Positions 12,937 through 24,888 are shown, counted from the first letter of the whole stretch. The stretch: DNA of 63,365 nucleotides, filler included, from Globobulimina sp. (GCA_003354225.1; 54 parts of 54 records of this genome joined end to end with filler, not necessarily neighbours in it), one strand, 5' to 3'. The notes: generated by a model not told the origin, from the letters alone. A program made the numbers and translations.

Positions 12937-13136
12937 CATAAATACCACCATCAATACGATGCGGCGGCAGATTCGCCGCCAAAATTACCATCACCAATAC
13001 GATGCGGCGGATTCGCCGTCAAAATTACCATCACCAATACAATGCGGCGGCTTCGCCGCCATAAATACCATAATCAATAGCATAATTAGGCGGCTTCGCG
13101 ATATGCTACGCAGCATCCATTGTTTTTGATGCTGCG
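12937..13136. repeat. About 40-bp tandem repeat (about 4 units), each with a GC hairpin, followed by a 9-bp stem-loop
   Basis: Units like caaaattaccatcaccaatac(g/a)atgcggcgg(a/c)ttcgccg(c/t); stem cgcagcatc 13109-13117 / gatgctgcg 13128-13136. Confidence 0.9.
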
Positions 13137-13343
13137 AACCAAAAAAGTTTTGCTTGAGCTTAATGTCCTCGATCGTTTGTGTCTCTTTGGATGGATTATT
13201 ATAGAGAGAATTGATAGATGGATGGATGTTTGTATTTCAATTTTTTCCCATAAACTCAATCAAAAATCCGAAAACATATATTAGTTTCTATTAATATTGA
13301 TGACACCAAATTCCCTGTATCGTCATTTTTAGGAAATAAAGCA

Positions 13344-14012
13344 TTGTATCCATGTTCAACTTTTTATTCTCGGATAAGTAACGTGTTTCCGAAAACACAG
13401 AGATATACCAAAGTTTTGTTGAATTTCGTGCAAGCAAAGCGGTCGGAGTCGTATATGATTGTCGATGATGACATTTCCATTGCAGCGATGAAGGAGAATA
13501 TTTGCGATAAATATGCCATGGAATGCGATAAAATTAAATTGAACAGCAAGATATTGATAGATAATAAATTAATCCGTGACTATAATTTAAAGGAAAACGA
13601 CATTTTACATGTTTTTGATGAGTCTGACTCGAATATTTTGATTCAAATCTCGCAATCTACGCTATCTGGGATCGATTCGTTGCATAAATTGTTTGAAATT
13701 AAAGTGAAGAAAAGTTTGACGATCAAACATATAAAATTTGAGATTTCAAAGATTTTGAGGTATCCCATGATATCGCAAACGTTGATTATGAAGGAAGTGT
13801 TGAAGGATCATCAACAAATTATAAATTGTGGCATAAAAAATGGCGATACGCTACGTTTGGTATACAATTTTGGTAAACGAGTCAGGAAATTGGCCAATGA
13901 AAAAATGAAAATACCGATTATTACATTTAACACAAATAAGAAATTTGAAGTGATTGTGAATAAAAATATATTTATTCATCAGATTATGCAAATTATACAA
14001 AGAGAGAAAGGG
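13344..14012 (+). CDS. Protein with tandem divergent ubiquitin-like domains (true start probably further downstream)
   Basis: Repeated Ubl motifs: LIDNKLIRDYNLKENDILHV; TIKHIKFEI..QTLI..LKDHQQIINCGIKNGDTLRLV. Confidence 0.75.
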
Positions 14013-14127
14013 NNNNNNNNNNNNNNNNNNNNNNNNNNNNNNNNNNNNNNNNNNNNTTAATTAATTAANNNNNNNNNNNNNNNNNNNNNNNNNNNNNNNN
14101 NNNNNNNNNNNNAAATCCTCAAATACG

Positions 14128-15188
14128 ATGACAGCTCTTGCAATCCTACTTCTCCTGGCTCACGTTTGCCATTCTGATTCCCAAACATCTTTCTCATTTG
14201 CAAACACGCAGACTAACAATATGGTATTGCAACAAGCTCCGCTAAAAGCACAAATATGGGGATTTTCACCAATTGCTAACGATGCAGTAACAGTGACGCT
14301 TAAGAATAGCAATACAGCCACAACAATACAATCAATCTCAACAACAGCACCATCTACGAATACAGTGAATGGCTCATATAACATTTGGTTGGTATCATTT
14401 GAACCAGTTATTGCAGATTATACTCATTATACAATTGAAGCAAATTCAAATGGAACATCAAAATCAATTCAAATATCAAATATATTATTTGGCGAAGTAT
14501 ATTTTTGTTCGGGTCAATCAAATATGGCCTTTACTGTTGGTACAGCCTTTAATGCCACAGAAGAAGCTCGAACTGCTCATTATTTGCCATATATTCGTAC
14601 TATGACAGTGGCAGTTGATGGAGCATGGACTCCTCGAATACAATTACATGGAACAGCAAACAAATGGATTCTATCAAATACAAGTTTTAAAATTTCAGCT
14701 GTTTGCTGGTTTTATGGACGCAGTTTATTTGAATATTTAGAATCGACTCCAATTGGATTAATAATATCTGCTGATATTGGAACAAAGATTAATTGCTGGA
14801 TGTCAGTGGATGCAATGTCTAAATGTCCAATGCCAAACAATATCGATGCAGAAAAACAGAAACACCGCAAATATAAACTTATAATGTCTGTACATAACAA
14901 CAGAAAGACAGAAAACTACCTGAATTATAATCACATACCAAAACCAAATGAAGTACCAAATCTGTTATGGAATGGAATGGTTTATCCATTTCTAAGAAGC
15001 ACAATTAAGGCTGTTTTATGGTATCAGGGCGAAAAAGATGCAAAAACTGAAACATATCAAATTTATAATTGCACATTTCCGGAACTGATTAATGATTGGA
15101 GGCAACAATGGAGTTTACTGTCTGACACAAGCAGTGATTTTCCGTTTGGTTTCGTGCAACTTTCGACGTGGAATGATGAGCCACCTCT
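14128..15188 (+). CDS. SIAE: Sialate O-acetylesterase-like SGNH hydrolase with signal peptide, 3' truncated
   Basis: NMVLQQAP, FGEVYFCSGQSNM, SAVCWFYG, PIGLI, LWYQGE, LINDWR, PFGFVQL. Confidence 0.92.
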
Positions 15189-15288
15189 NNNNNNNNNNNN
15201 NNNNNNNNNNNNNNNNNNNNNNNNNNNNNNNNTTAATTAATTAANNNNNNNNNNNNNNNNNNNNNNNNNNNNNNNNNNNNNNNNNNNN

Positions 15289-16333
15289 CTTTGAGAGGTA
15301 AATGTTGATCGGGTGAGGCTATTAATGGTAAAATATCATCTTCGTCAATTGGTACTAATTGAACTTGTGCATGTTTCGCATCGCCAACAGCTTCGCGAAT
15401 ATCATGCAGTATTTCATGGATCTTATCTTTATCCAAATCGTCATCGCCAACACCGACAATAAATTCGGAACAGTCCGTATCTCCATCAGTCTCTACCTTT
15501 GCTTCTAAGATATCTAATTTTAAATTATGCAAAACGTCGACTACCTCGAAATGAACGCCAGTGTGATGTTTGGCTTCAGCGCGGATTCTAAACCATTTTA
15601 TTCCAGATTTTATTTGTTTGTTAAACGTTTTCCGCAAAACAAAGCCAAATGCAATTGGTGCGAAAATAACTGCGATTAATAATGCCCACACAATGATAGC
15701 ATATAAATTCGTCTGAATCAGACCCCAATCTCTTGATTTTTGTGCAACCAAATAGGCAAATTCGCCCCGACCAACCATTGCAAAGCCGATAACATATCGG
15801 TATTTATATTGCGAGTCAGATCGAGCAGCAAATCCTGATAACATTTTACCAATAATACCAGATACGATTGCAATTAATAAGCCTCTCAGAAATGTTTCAA
15901 TTTGAAATAACTCGTTGGTTGGAATTGAGAACGCAACAGAACATGCAAAGAATAGTCTGATTAACCATTGACATAATCGCTTCATCTGTCTCCGCCAGAC
16001 ATACATCGATCTGCTAACTTGCGAGAAGGACATGCCAGCGATGAACGCGCCCAATAAATGCGAACCAATCAAATCGCCGATATATGAATAAATTATCAAT
16101 ATTAGTATCATTATAATTAAATGCATCTCGTCCCGTGGCTGATAATTTATATTCTCATATGATGGAATCAAGTGCAATAATTTCGGGATCATTTGATTAA
16201 AAATATACATTGCGAGGATTACGCCAACTGCTAAAAATAAAAAACAAAACGCAAACTTGCTACTTATTAAAAGTATAGTATTGATTGAAAAATAATTAAC
16301 CACCGCACCACTCCCTGGTTCACCTGCTCCCAA
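15289..16333 (-). CDS. CPA2-family cation/H+ antiporter C-terminal half with ACT-like domain
   Basis: SHLLGAFIAG, IIGKMLSG, GFAMVGRGEFAYLVA; then HHTGVHFEVVDVLHNLKLDILEAKVET (ACT-like). Confidence 0.88.
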
Positions 16334-16818
16334 ATCGTTGTTGGTCTCACCAAATTGTTGTAAGNNNNNNNNNNNNNNNNNNNNNNNNNNNNNNNNNNNN
16401 NNNNNNNNTTAATTAATTAANNNNNNNNNNNNNNNNNNNNNNNNNNNNNNNNNNNNNNNNNNNNGCGACCGAACGTGTCAGGTTTTGATATAGTTTGTTG
16501 CGTTTCCAATTGATTTCGGACGTGATTCGATGTTATGTCATTAATTATTTTCGAGATTACTGTTGATGTATTACCTCTGGAACAAGCATCAGATAAATGA
16601 TCAATTTGTGCCAATCTACGACTTTCGTCGGACAATCGCACTCGAAGAAGAAGTGCACCTTCAATGTTTGATGGATGCATTTTATAAATATTAGATATCA
16701 AATATCAATGAATAACAATCGAATTGATATGATTAACAAATGTAGAGTTGAAAAGTTTTACTGTTAATAATTGACCATTCGCCGCTTCGCTGTTTTTATT
16801 TGCATATTCCCAGCTACA

Positions 16819-17540
16819 ATGGCTTCAACTCCTCCCATCATTATTGATGTACATTTATTCGACGAGGTTTTGTTGGCAGATAAAGCAATAGGAATAGTTA
16901 AATTTATTGGTGAAATTAAAAGGAAAGACGGGTTGTTTTTTGGCGTTGATATTAAAAAAGGAAAAGGAATCAACAGCGGATGCATAAAAAATAAAAGATA
17001 TTTCAGAACAAAAAATAATAAAGAAACAGGCAGATTTACTCAAATTAGAAAAATAATCAAAAGTAAAAAAACACCAAAGAGCATACAATTTACTGTTGGC
17101 AATAAAATGCAATGTCCACAGTTAGATACAACTGCAACTATACGCTATGTTGGCATTCCTTCATTTGATAAGACCATGGTATGCATGCATCAAATAGCAA
17201 TATATCACAAAACAACTATTTGTGCTCACAAATACACTCAGAAAACAGTATATTTTGGTATCGAATTGGCAGACCCCAGAGGCGATTCTAATGGCGAGAT
17301 TTATTCTGCATATTTAGGCAAAAAGATATCATATTTTAAATGCGAACCAAACCATGGATTATATATTAAAAGCTCAGAAGTTGCTGTTAATTATATATCA
17401 GACGATACTGACACGGATAATAAGCAACAATCGCAATTTGACACTGTCAATGTTCCCAATTACGATGATGAGAAAGCCATAGAGCAAGATCTTATGAAAG
17501 AATGGACACATTTAAATGTTTGTGCCGTATCATTTTTAGA
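16819..17540 (+). CDS. Tandem CAP-Gly domain protein (probable in-frame intron 17179-17241)
   Basis: GIVKFIGE..FFGVDI..GKGINSG..RYF and IRYVG..YFGIELADPRGDSNG..YFKCEPNHGLYI. Confidence 0.88.
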
Positions 17541-17640
17541 NNNNNNNNNNNNNNNNNNNNNNNNNNNNNNNNNNNNNNNNNNNNTTAATTAATTAANNNN
17601 NNNNNNNNNNNNNNNNNNNNNNNNNNNNNNNNNNNNNNNN

Positions 17641-17798
17641 GCAGCCGGCGACAGCCGTTGCCAACAAACCGAACCCGCACAGCGTGGTGCGGAACCAGAC
17701 TTTTGTTCGCGATGATATGGGGTTAAGTTATGTGTAGCATCGGCACCAACGGTAAGGAAATAATCTACCAAACGAGGTGGACGGTCTTGGCCTTGCAT
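17641..17798 (-). CDS. Possible uDENN-domain protein N-terminus
   Basis: RLVDYFLTVG matches the first strand of uDENN domains; short fragment. Confidence 0.5.
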
Positions 17799-17898
17799 TA
17801 CACGCACATTGGGACGACTCTATTGTACTGAAAAGTTTTCGGATCTGAATAAAACAATATTAAAATTCTTTTTTTTCCGTTTTAAAGCATACTGTTTA

Positions 17899-18716
17899 AT
17901 GCAGCCTAACAGTTCGCAAACCACCACTACAATGTCCACAGAACAGTGGCTGGCACAAATCGGATTAACACAATATGTAAACGTTTTCATTGAGAAAGGA
18001 TTCGACGACATTGACGAAATACAGTACATTGGTTTGGAAGATTTGGTGGGTATTTTAGGTATCACAAACCCAAAACATCGAATAGCATTCATAAAAGAGA
18101 TAAATAAATTGCGAATCAATGAAGCAAATGAAGAAAATGTAGCAAATGAAGGAAACGAATTAGCGAATGAAATCGAACTCAGAATTGAATGCCTGCAGAA
18201 TTTTATAATGTCACTCCCGAGTAATATAAACAAAGCAAATATTAGCAATAATATAGCTTTAGAAGCAACCATAAATGAATTGTCATCAGATGTAATTGGT
18301 AAAATTAGTTCATTTTTAAAATTAAGAGAACATACAAGGTTTGCCCTATCAAACCGAACAATTTATATTTCATGCAATAATCCATCGCAATTAGTTGAGT
18401 TAGTACTTCCCACCAATCGGCGGACACCGTTCCCACTAAATATTCGAAATAAGTATCCATTAATTCAACGCTTCGCCTTTGCCACATTCGCCTTTGCCAC
18501 ATTCGAATACAACTTATTATCAACCCTTTGATGATTTGAATGAATTACGTTTTGTTTTTGATCAAAGAATAGAAACATTCGTACAATATAATAATTTAAT
18601 ATATTTCAAAAACATCACCAAATTAGAAAGTTGTAATACAACTGATTGGTTTCCATTGGATATTTGCCAATTTCTTAGCCATTTTCCGAATTTACGATAC
18701 TGGAAAGCAAAAAATA
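17899..18716 (+). CDS. SAM + F-box-like + LRR-like protein with a frameshift near 18480-18530
   Basis: SAM: EQWLAQIGLTQYVNVF..GITNPKHRIAFIKEI; F-box-like INELSSDVIGKISSFL; continuation in another frame (NITKLE..FLSHFPNLRYW). Confidence 0.7.
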
Positions 18717-18816
18717 NNNNNNNNNNNNNNNNNNNNNNNNNNNNNNNNNNNNNNNNNNNNTTAATTAATTAANNNNNNNNNNNNNNNNNNNNNNNNNNNN
18801 NNNNNNNNNNNNNNNN

Positions 18817-19422
18817 ATTATTGAAATTTCAAATGCAAACTTTGTGGCTTTTTGCATTGTTATAGAGTATCTGTGGAATGATATTTTGATGAAATATGAA
18901 AAGACAAAAGAAAATAAACAATTAATATCACAGAAACACGCATTATTAGAGGTGATGTCATTCATTTTAATGGGATTGCATGCTATGAAGGTGACAAATG
19001 AGAAATCCTTTGATATTTGTAGATATTTGGATGTTTTCCTTGATGTTTTTATTACGGATAGACATGATTTTAATTCCAAATGTATTGCAATGATTACTTT
19101 ATCATATTTATACGATACACACTCATTATTAACAAATAAGCAAATCGAGAAAATCGCAATTGTTATTTACAAACAATTTGAATCTATTTTAAGCGGGAAA
19201 AATGACAATGAAAATGGTAATGAATATGGCGAGATTATCTATAATTGTTTGCAACGAATATCACATAGAAATGCAACAATTGTTTTGGACACATTTATAA
19301 ATAATGGAATTACACAATATTTAGATTTGCATCACAATAAAAATAATATAAACACATTAAAAATATGCATTGATTGCATTGCGCCATTATGTTTGCAAAA
19401 TAATTTTATCATTATGGATTGA
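18817..19422 (+). CDS. ARM/HEAT-like helical protein fragment
   Basis: Amphipathic helices, FINNGITQYL..ICIDCIAPL. Confidence 0.4.
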   Translation: MIEISNANFVAFCIVIEYLWNDILMKYEKTKENKQLISQKHALLEVMSFILMGLHAMKVTNEKSFDICRYLDVFLDVFITDRHDFNSKCIAMITLSYLYDTHSLLTNKQIEKIAIVIYKQFESILSGKNDNENGNEYGEIIYNCLQRISHRNATIVLDTFINNGITQYLDLHHNKNNINTLKICIDCIAPLCLQNNFIIMD

Positions 19423-19456
19423 TTATTTTTGCACTGATTATGGATTGATTATTTTA

Positions 19457-19741
19457 TCATTTGTCAATATCTCGTTTTGCGATTGAATCTGAACTATGAA
19501 TGGCTTCAACAAATCCTTTTTTCACTGTATCCAATAAACTAACATTAATACCATGTTTTGAGACGGATGCAACCTCCACATCCACGATTGTGCCAACTTT
19601 CAATGACTCCCGATTGTGCATAATTCCATCATAATCCCCATCTGACAAAACATCGTTACTCGATATTATAATTTCCCTGTTTGAGTTTGAATATTTTTTA
19701 TGTTTAATCAATTTCAATAAATTTATATTTACTTTAACCAT
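19457..19741 (-). CDS. S1 RNA-binding domain fragment (Rrp5-like)
   Basis: LKVGTIVDVEVASVSKHGINVSL..KGFVEAIHSSD. Confidence 0.6.
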   Translation of the reverse strand: MVKVNINLLKLIKHKKYSNSNREIIISSNDVLSDGDYDGIMHNRESLKVGTIVDVEVASVSKHGINVSLLDTVKKGFVEAIHSSDSIAKRDIDK

Positions 19742-20326
19742 CGCATTGCACTCCGCCTTATCTTCTAAAATTACTCTGTAACATTATTTGATCGAAAATG
19801 AATAGAAACGCAATATGTTGTCTGACAGTGTATACATACTCTCAAATGCATAATCCATGATATTTCTTGCCAAGTCGCGCGAGATTCGGTGGNNNNNNNN
19901 NNNNNNNNNNNNNNNNNNNNNNNNNNNNNNNNNNNNTTAATTAATTAANNNNNNNNNNNNNNNNNNNNNNNNNNNNNNNNNNNNNNNNNNNNGCGTTTTT
20001 TTCGATTCTTCTTTGGCTGCGCATCAGTGATCGCCGATGGAGGCGTTGATGGTGGCGGAGGTGGTGGAGAGTCATCTTCTTTATGTTGGTCATGATGCAT
20101 ATGGACATTTTGCGGAATCCATGGATTGCATTGAAATTGTTGTTGATGCTGTTGGTGCACGAATGATATGGGAGGTGCTTGCAAGCCATATACTGGATGC
20201 TGGTCCTGGTATACTTGCTGTTGCGCCAAATTATTAAAGCCTCGGAACCCACGATGCATTGTTATTTTATGATGATATGTTCACCTCAACCAAAACTTGT
20301 TTACCTCATAACAGCATTACGATGAC

Positions 20327-20548
20327 TTGATCGATCACTTCAAAAAAAAAATCCTTAAATCAAATACCAAAAGCATGGCAGCCGAAGAATTTTTAAATAG
20401 TGAACGTGAGTACGTTGAAAATGGTTTGCTTGTTGGATTTCAAACCTTTTTAAATCCTTTAGATGTGCATAATAAATTAAAACAGTCCATAATATTGAAT
20501 AATTATAGAACATTATATAATGCACACAACAAATTCTTTGATGAGTAA
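20327..20548 (+). CDS. RhoGEF (DH) domain fragment
   Basis: AAEEFLNSEREYVE..FLNPL..LNNYRTLYNAHNKFF. Confidence 0.6.
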   Translation: MIDHFKKKILKSNTKSMAAEEFLNSEREYVENGLLVGFQTFLNPLDVHNKLKQSIILNNYRTLYNAHNKFFDE

Positions 20549-20928
20549 TGTTATTACAAAAATCAAACAAAACAAAAATTAATATCAACTGCAATGTTCT
20601 TGTCATAGCTACTAAACGGTCTAAACCTATGAGATGATAACACCAATACACCAAACAGACCAACACTAAGTTGTATGAGTTGAATGCTTTTGAACCGTTA
20701 AAGGATATTTTGAGCGTGTTATTTTTGACATATATTGGCTATCATATTTTGTACATCTAAAATACTTTTTCTATACTGTATTATCTCAGTTGTAAGCAGC
20801 TGAATGTTTCAAATTGTTAACAGCTGAATAATTGTAATCATATTAATAGAAAGTCATGCTATATTTAAATGCTATATTTAGATTTAGTGAACTATCATAT
20901 TTGAAGAAAGTCAGAATCAATTGAACGG

Positions 20929-21068
20929 ATGGAAGAAAAAGTAGAATACAGAAAAACAGACGAAGAAAAAGCAAATTTGTATGATTACCTTTCATTTGGA
21001 TGGATATCTAAAATGTTTAAGATTGGTTATAAGAGACCATTACAACTCGAGGATTTAAATTATTTGAA
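20929..21068 (+). CDS. ABCC/MRP-type ABC transporter N-terminus (lasso/L0 motif)
   Basis: EEKANLYDYLSFGWISKMFKIGYKRPLQLEDL. Confidence 0.85.
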
Positions 21069-21298
21069 NNNNNNNNNNNNNNNNNNNNNNNNNNNNNNNN
21101 NNNNNNNNNNNNTTAATTAATTAANNNNNNNNNNNNNNNNNNNNNNNNNNNNNNNNNNNNNNNNNNNNTGATCATACATATAATCATACATGATCATACA
21201 GTGATCATATAATCATACATAAATAAAATCATGCATGGTATAATGTAGGATCACATTTTGCCTGGGAAAGGTCGCCCAGACTTCTGTAGTCATACATT

Positions 21299-22138
21299 AT
21301 GATCATTTGTATGATTCTTCCTCTTATAGGAGTTACCACTGTATCTGATGATGATGTTCATCAATCACTCAAACATATAACAGTTTTATTTGGAAAGTTA
21401 TCAATCATTTGCGATCGAATCATCAATCAATTGAGTGATATAAATGCATTGCATGAAGCATATTTCAATGGGCAATGGGATTCTGAATTATTTGAAACAT
21501 TATTACCAACATTTGATGATATTCATCTTTCTGTAAATAGTATACAATCAATTCGAGTTAAATCTGTCAATATTAATAACAGTGATGATGGTGCAGGAGT
21601 CAGCGTATATGAAGCAAACACCAGATTGATCGAAGCAGCCTGGATGAGCACCGCTAGAATTCAAATAAATGAAAAGAATCACACATCCAAAGGTGATTCA
21701 AAATTTAATAAAGTAGAAACATTGCAATCAACATGCAAAGCCAAAACACGTTTAAGAGTACCAATATCACCAACAATTGCAATTAATTTTTCTGACATTG
21801 CAGGAAATGATTGGGATAAAGTATCTAAATCTAAGAAAGATTGGTGTCTGGAACAATGCTATTTGAATGCTGAAATCTATGCTGTTATGTTGGATAGTCA
21901 AAAATGTAATAAACGGTTTATAGAATGCCGAGTTTATCCACCAAAAATAAAAGATCAAACATTTCCTCCACTTTTCAATGCAGATATGGATTTTCTGTTC
22001 AGCAAAAGTAAGAAAGTAAAGAATGGATTCTATGGAGTAATTAGAGATTTAGAAAACATTCTAGCGCATTCATATTTACAATTTCGTTCAAGATTATCGA
22101 TTGATATGAACAATTCTCATTATCTGGAAGGAAAATAG
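21299..22138 (+). CDS. Hypothetical protein preceded by (t)gatcataca micro-repeats
   Basis: 279-aa ORF, no family recognised; repeats at 21169-21220. Confidence 0.4.
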   Translation: MIICMILPLIGVTTVSDDDVHQSLKHITVLFGKLSIICDRIINQLSDINALHEAYFNGQWDSELFETLLPTFDDIHLSVNSIQSIRVKSVNINNSDDGAGVSVYEANTRLIEAAWMSTARIQINEKNHTSKGDSKFNKVETLQSTCKAKTRLRVPISPTIAINFSDIAGNDWDKVSKSKKDWCLEQCYLNAEIYAVMLDSQKCNKRFIECRVYPPKIKDQTFPPLFNADMDFLFSKSKKVKNGFYGVIRDLENILAHSYLQFRSRLSIDMNNSHYLEGK

Positions 22139-22344
22139 GTTAATAATGAAATGTTAATGGTTCCCGATGAAACACAACCTTTAACAATTCAATTTTGACT
22201 TTCAATGTTTTTATTTTGAATAATCTGTAAAAAACTGTAAATTCNNNNNNNNNNNNNNNNNNNNNNNNNNNNNNNNNNNNNNNNNNNNTTAATTAATTAA
22301 NNNNNNNNNNNNNNNNNNNNNNNNNNNNNNNNNNNNNNNNNNNN

Positions 22345-23420
22345 AGTGCAAATTGTAACTTATCGTGGTCTGTGTATAATTTCATTGTAATAATCTCCGA
22401 TTTGGATATGCTTTCTCCTGTAATCCATGCCCCTCTTTGTCCGCTAACTTGGTCCTCGAAGAATGAGGCGGTTTTTGTTTGGATTTTGTGTCGAAACCAG
22501 CTGTTATGGAATATGGACGATTTCCGAAGTGCCTGATTCCAATTATCTTTCGATAATGGCTCGTATTCATTTTGTAGAGCTTCTCTGTGTATATATATGC
22601 AACAATATGTTGCTGCCAACGTTAACGGTCTAAAATATAAATAATATAAGTTAACTCTTTAATGTTTGCAAAGCGTGGTTGATAATGCATAGTTTCCTGA
22701 TTGTCGCCATGTGCAAAGCCACTAAATATTCATGCAAATACAATATGTGTTTTAGATATGATTGAGACAACATACACTTGTACATACTGAGGATTTTGCC
22801 ATCTAAAAACACCCATATTTTCCACAAGAATCCGATATATATCTTCTGGCGATTGTTGTTTTTGTGTTTCTTTAGTTACTGACACAACATCTTTCCACCA
22901 TAAATTGTCTTCTTTTTGGCCAACATATGAAGTTGTATACTTTGCAGTGTTTTGCTGATTTGGAGTGTCATTTTTTGGACTCATACCAACATCGCTCGGG
23001 CTTTGCGCTGGAGATATTATGTTCAGATTTGTTTTCAGAGACTTTTGGTCTAAAATAGAAGTATATCGTCTATGCTCCATTCGGCGTTTCCATTTTCTGA
23101 ACCTATTATTTGTCTTTTCTTCCTCATCACAAATATTCGAACTGTACATACAAACAAATATATACCAATAAAATAAATATAAATTGAACGAAACTGTAAG
23201 AAATATGAATGAATTAAATCATAATATTGCTGAAATGCGACATCCTCCACTTGCTCCATGCGTACACATTGAAAACTGTCACATGTTTCAGAATCACATT
23301 TAAATTCAGTCTCAAAATAATCACAAATTTCTTTTCTAATTTTATCATTATCTGCATCGATATGAATGCTTTTAATATGACTGAAATCATCAAACAATTG
23401 CTGGTGCACATATTCATCAT
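22345..23420 (-). CDS. Multi-exon hypothetical protein with His/Cys N-terminal module and LYTD helix (possible ART-associated family)
   Basis: Exon pieces LFDDFSHIKSIH..C..C..YYDLIHSYF, YQPRFANIKE|EALQN (intron about 22584-22655), ISKSEIITMKLYTDHDKLQ. Confidence 0.5.
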
Positions 23421-23646
23421 NNNNNNNNNNNNNNNNNNNNNNNNNNNNNNNNNNNNNNNNNNNNTTAATTAATTAANNNNNNNNNNNNNNNNNNNNNNNN
23501 NNNNNNNNNNNNNNNNNNNNTTTCATGTTGTCTTCAAATTACAAGACATAAATCTCAATATTTGTTAATAAGCAGAACACGCAATTAATATCTTTGAGTT
23601 GTCGATGTTGAAACTAATGCTGATGCGATTGGTATTCTTTGTGTAT

Positions 23647-24459
23647 TTACTGGTTGCTGAGCCAGAGAGCTAAATGGTTTACTTTTTCTTGATACTCATT
23701 ACCTACCAAAAATCGAAATAAATCCTCCGCAAATTTCTTGTTACAGTGCTGATGAATCACTTTGTCTCCACACCATAATCCCAAAAAATCCGAAATATCA
23801 GACACTTTCTTATGACATTGAATGGTTTTTGCAGGGTAATATTCTTCATCGTAATAATAAAAACTAAAAAGTAAAGGTATTAACTCTTTAGCAATACGTA
23901 CATCACTCTCAGTCTCAGACTCATATAAACGAATATATCCATCCACTACTAATATACCTTGCGATTTGTGTTTGATAAAATGATAATTATCTCCGGATTT
24001 ATGTGTTTTCACAAATTTCATCAACATTGGTTTTTCGATATGATCCAAATATTCCAAATAAGAAATATCTCTCAGTGGTGATGGTGTCACTGATACAATA
24101 ATTCTCCATTTTTGTTTTTTTTGTAAGCCATCATACATTAAGAAATTCTTCAAACAGTTATTATTCGGATAATATATAATATCTAATCCAAATTTTGCAT
24201 CACGATCAAAATAATCAATTGATACATGTGAAGGTGGTGCATATACTTTGATGCACAAATATTTTACATCGCTATTATTATCTGAGAGCGACCGTGTACA
24301 TACCCATATTGCTGTTATTTTGAATGGACAATCACATAAAAGTGTACATGCTGTATCGCGAGACATTCTTTGTATTGGAGGACCATCAGCACAGAAAGAA
24401 GTATAATAATTATTATTCATTTTGTGACCATTGTCCATGATTAAGAATTTCTTTCGCAA
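23647..24459 (-). CDS. Hypothetical protein with LVVDGYIR..IAKELIPLLFSFYY degenerate F-box-like motif
   Basis: 270-aa ORF; similar motif in ORF 11849-12736. Confidence 0.5.
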   Translation of the reverse strand: MRKKFLIMDNGHKMNNNYYTSFCADGPPIQRMSRDTACTLLCDCPFKITAIWVCTRSLSDNNSDVKYLCIKVYAPPSHVSIDYFDRDAKFGLDIIYYPNNNCLKNFLMYDGLQKKQKWRIIVSVTPSPLRDISYLEYLDHIEKPMLMKFVKTHKSGDNYHFIKHKSQGILVVDGYIRLYESETESDVRIAKELIPLLFSFYYYDEEYYPAKTIQCHKKVSDISDFLGLWCGDKVIHQHCNKKFAEDLFRFLVGNEYQEKVNHLALWLSNQ

Positions 24460-24813
24460 ATGTTGAGTTTTATTATATTGAACTGCGGTGCATAGGCATT
24501 AATCCGCATTGCCTGTACTATAGACTCATGGTGGGGGAGGTAAACGATAAATACTTATATAATAAATAAGTGACAATCATACACTACCAAACGTTGNNNN
24601 NNNNNNNNNNNNNNNNNNNNNNNNNNNNNNNNNNNNNNNNTTAATTAATTAANNNNNNNNNNNNNNNNNNNNNNNNNNNNNNNNNNNNNNNNNNNNTGGG
24701 CACGGATCAAAACGTCGCAGAGGCTGGTTTTTTGAGCAATTGCTGGGAAATCTGCCAAAATTTGTAAATTCCGCGAAATAATATTTGGCGATTTTTTACT
24801 CAGAGTTGCGTGA

Positions 24814-24888
24814 CCGATTTGGCTGAAATTTCGCACCGATGTACCTATTGTACGAACGTTTCAAGGTGCGAAATTTCAGCCAAATCGG
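24814..24888. repeat. Perfect 24-bp inverted repeat with 27-nt spacer (MITE-like)
   Basis: ccgatttggctgaaatttcgcacc 24814-24837 / ggtgcgaaatttcagccaaatcgg 24865-24888. Confidence 0.9.

Noticed and set aside
12937-13100. CRISPR array
   Set aside because: Inter-hairpin segments are near-identical rather than unique spacers; no cas genes; eukaryotic context
17179-17241. Insertion within the second CAP-Gly domain
   Set aside because: Better explained as a 63-nt stop-free GT-AG intron
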